Positions 63,751 through 64,000 of a stretch of DNA of 64,000 nt are shown in pieces. Both the position numbers and the translations under genes were made by a program. The notes beneath the pieces are model-generated. The model worked only from the letters and a program-made list of their open reading frames with translations, had not been told where the DNA came from and searched no databases. Source of the DNA: Mustelus asterias. Lineage: Eukaryota. Every line of letters starts with the position of its first letter. Within the stretch, counting starts at the first letter, position 1. The DNA is taken from the NCBI RefSeq assembly GCF_964213995.1, contig NW_027590139.1, positions 310,001 to 374,000 of the forward strand, read 5' to 3'.

Positions 63751-64000
63751 GTCCATTAACGGTGATAAATTCATGTTGTTCAGCAAAATTACCACAACAT
63801 AATTGAATCACAGGTTGATACTAACACTGCCCTTTGAACGCAGCGAGCTGCAGTAAAATTGAATGCAGTGGAAAGGACGACACGGTGGGACAGTTGTTAG
63901 AACTGATTCCTCACAGCGCCAGTGACTAAGGTTCAATTTCTTGGGTTACTGTATATGCGGAATTTTCGCGTTCTCCCCCTGTCTGTGTGGGTTTCCTCCT

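Overview
Eukaryotic DNA from a cartilaginous fish (shark-type sequences and repeats). The core is one complete, unrearranged IgM heavy-chain cluster on the + strand: leader, VH, D1, D2, JH, a ~10.9 kb intron (with a 232-N gap), Cmu1-Cmu4 with secretory tail, TM1 and TM2 (31431-51137). RSS spacers are V23 / 12-D1-22 / 12-D2-12 / 23-J. Upstream, ~4.9-20.1 kb and ~22-31.9 kb are two diverged tandem copies of the same V-upstream unit. The first copy ends in a dead VH pseudogene. Downstream are a five-finger C2H2 zinc-finger ORF, degenerate tRNA-Val and tRNA-Glu genes and a Tx1-type ORF1 fragment. The rest is CR1/L2-type, RTE and Rex1-like LINE fragments, tRNA-derived and Deu-type SINEs, Penelope-like palindromic ends and simple repeats. 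Best leads: a G-rich 21-bp tandem array ~1 kb before Cmu1 that resembles a switch region; an octamer-pair plus E-box cluster 3' of TM2 (candidate enhancer); hammerhead-ribozyme relics in Penelope-like ends, one pair flanking an inverted copy of local DNA; and the duplicated VH unit. Ig exon and RSS coordinates were counted by hand. Repeat boundaries are approximate and repeat family names come from recalled motifs, not database searches.
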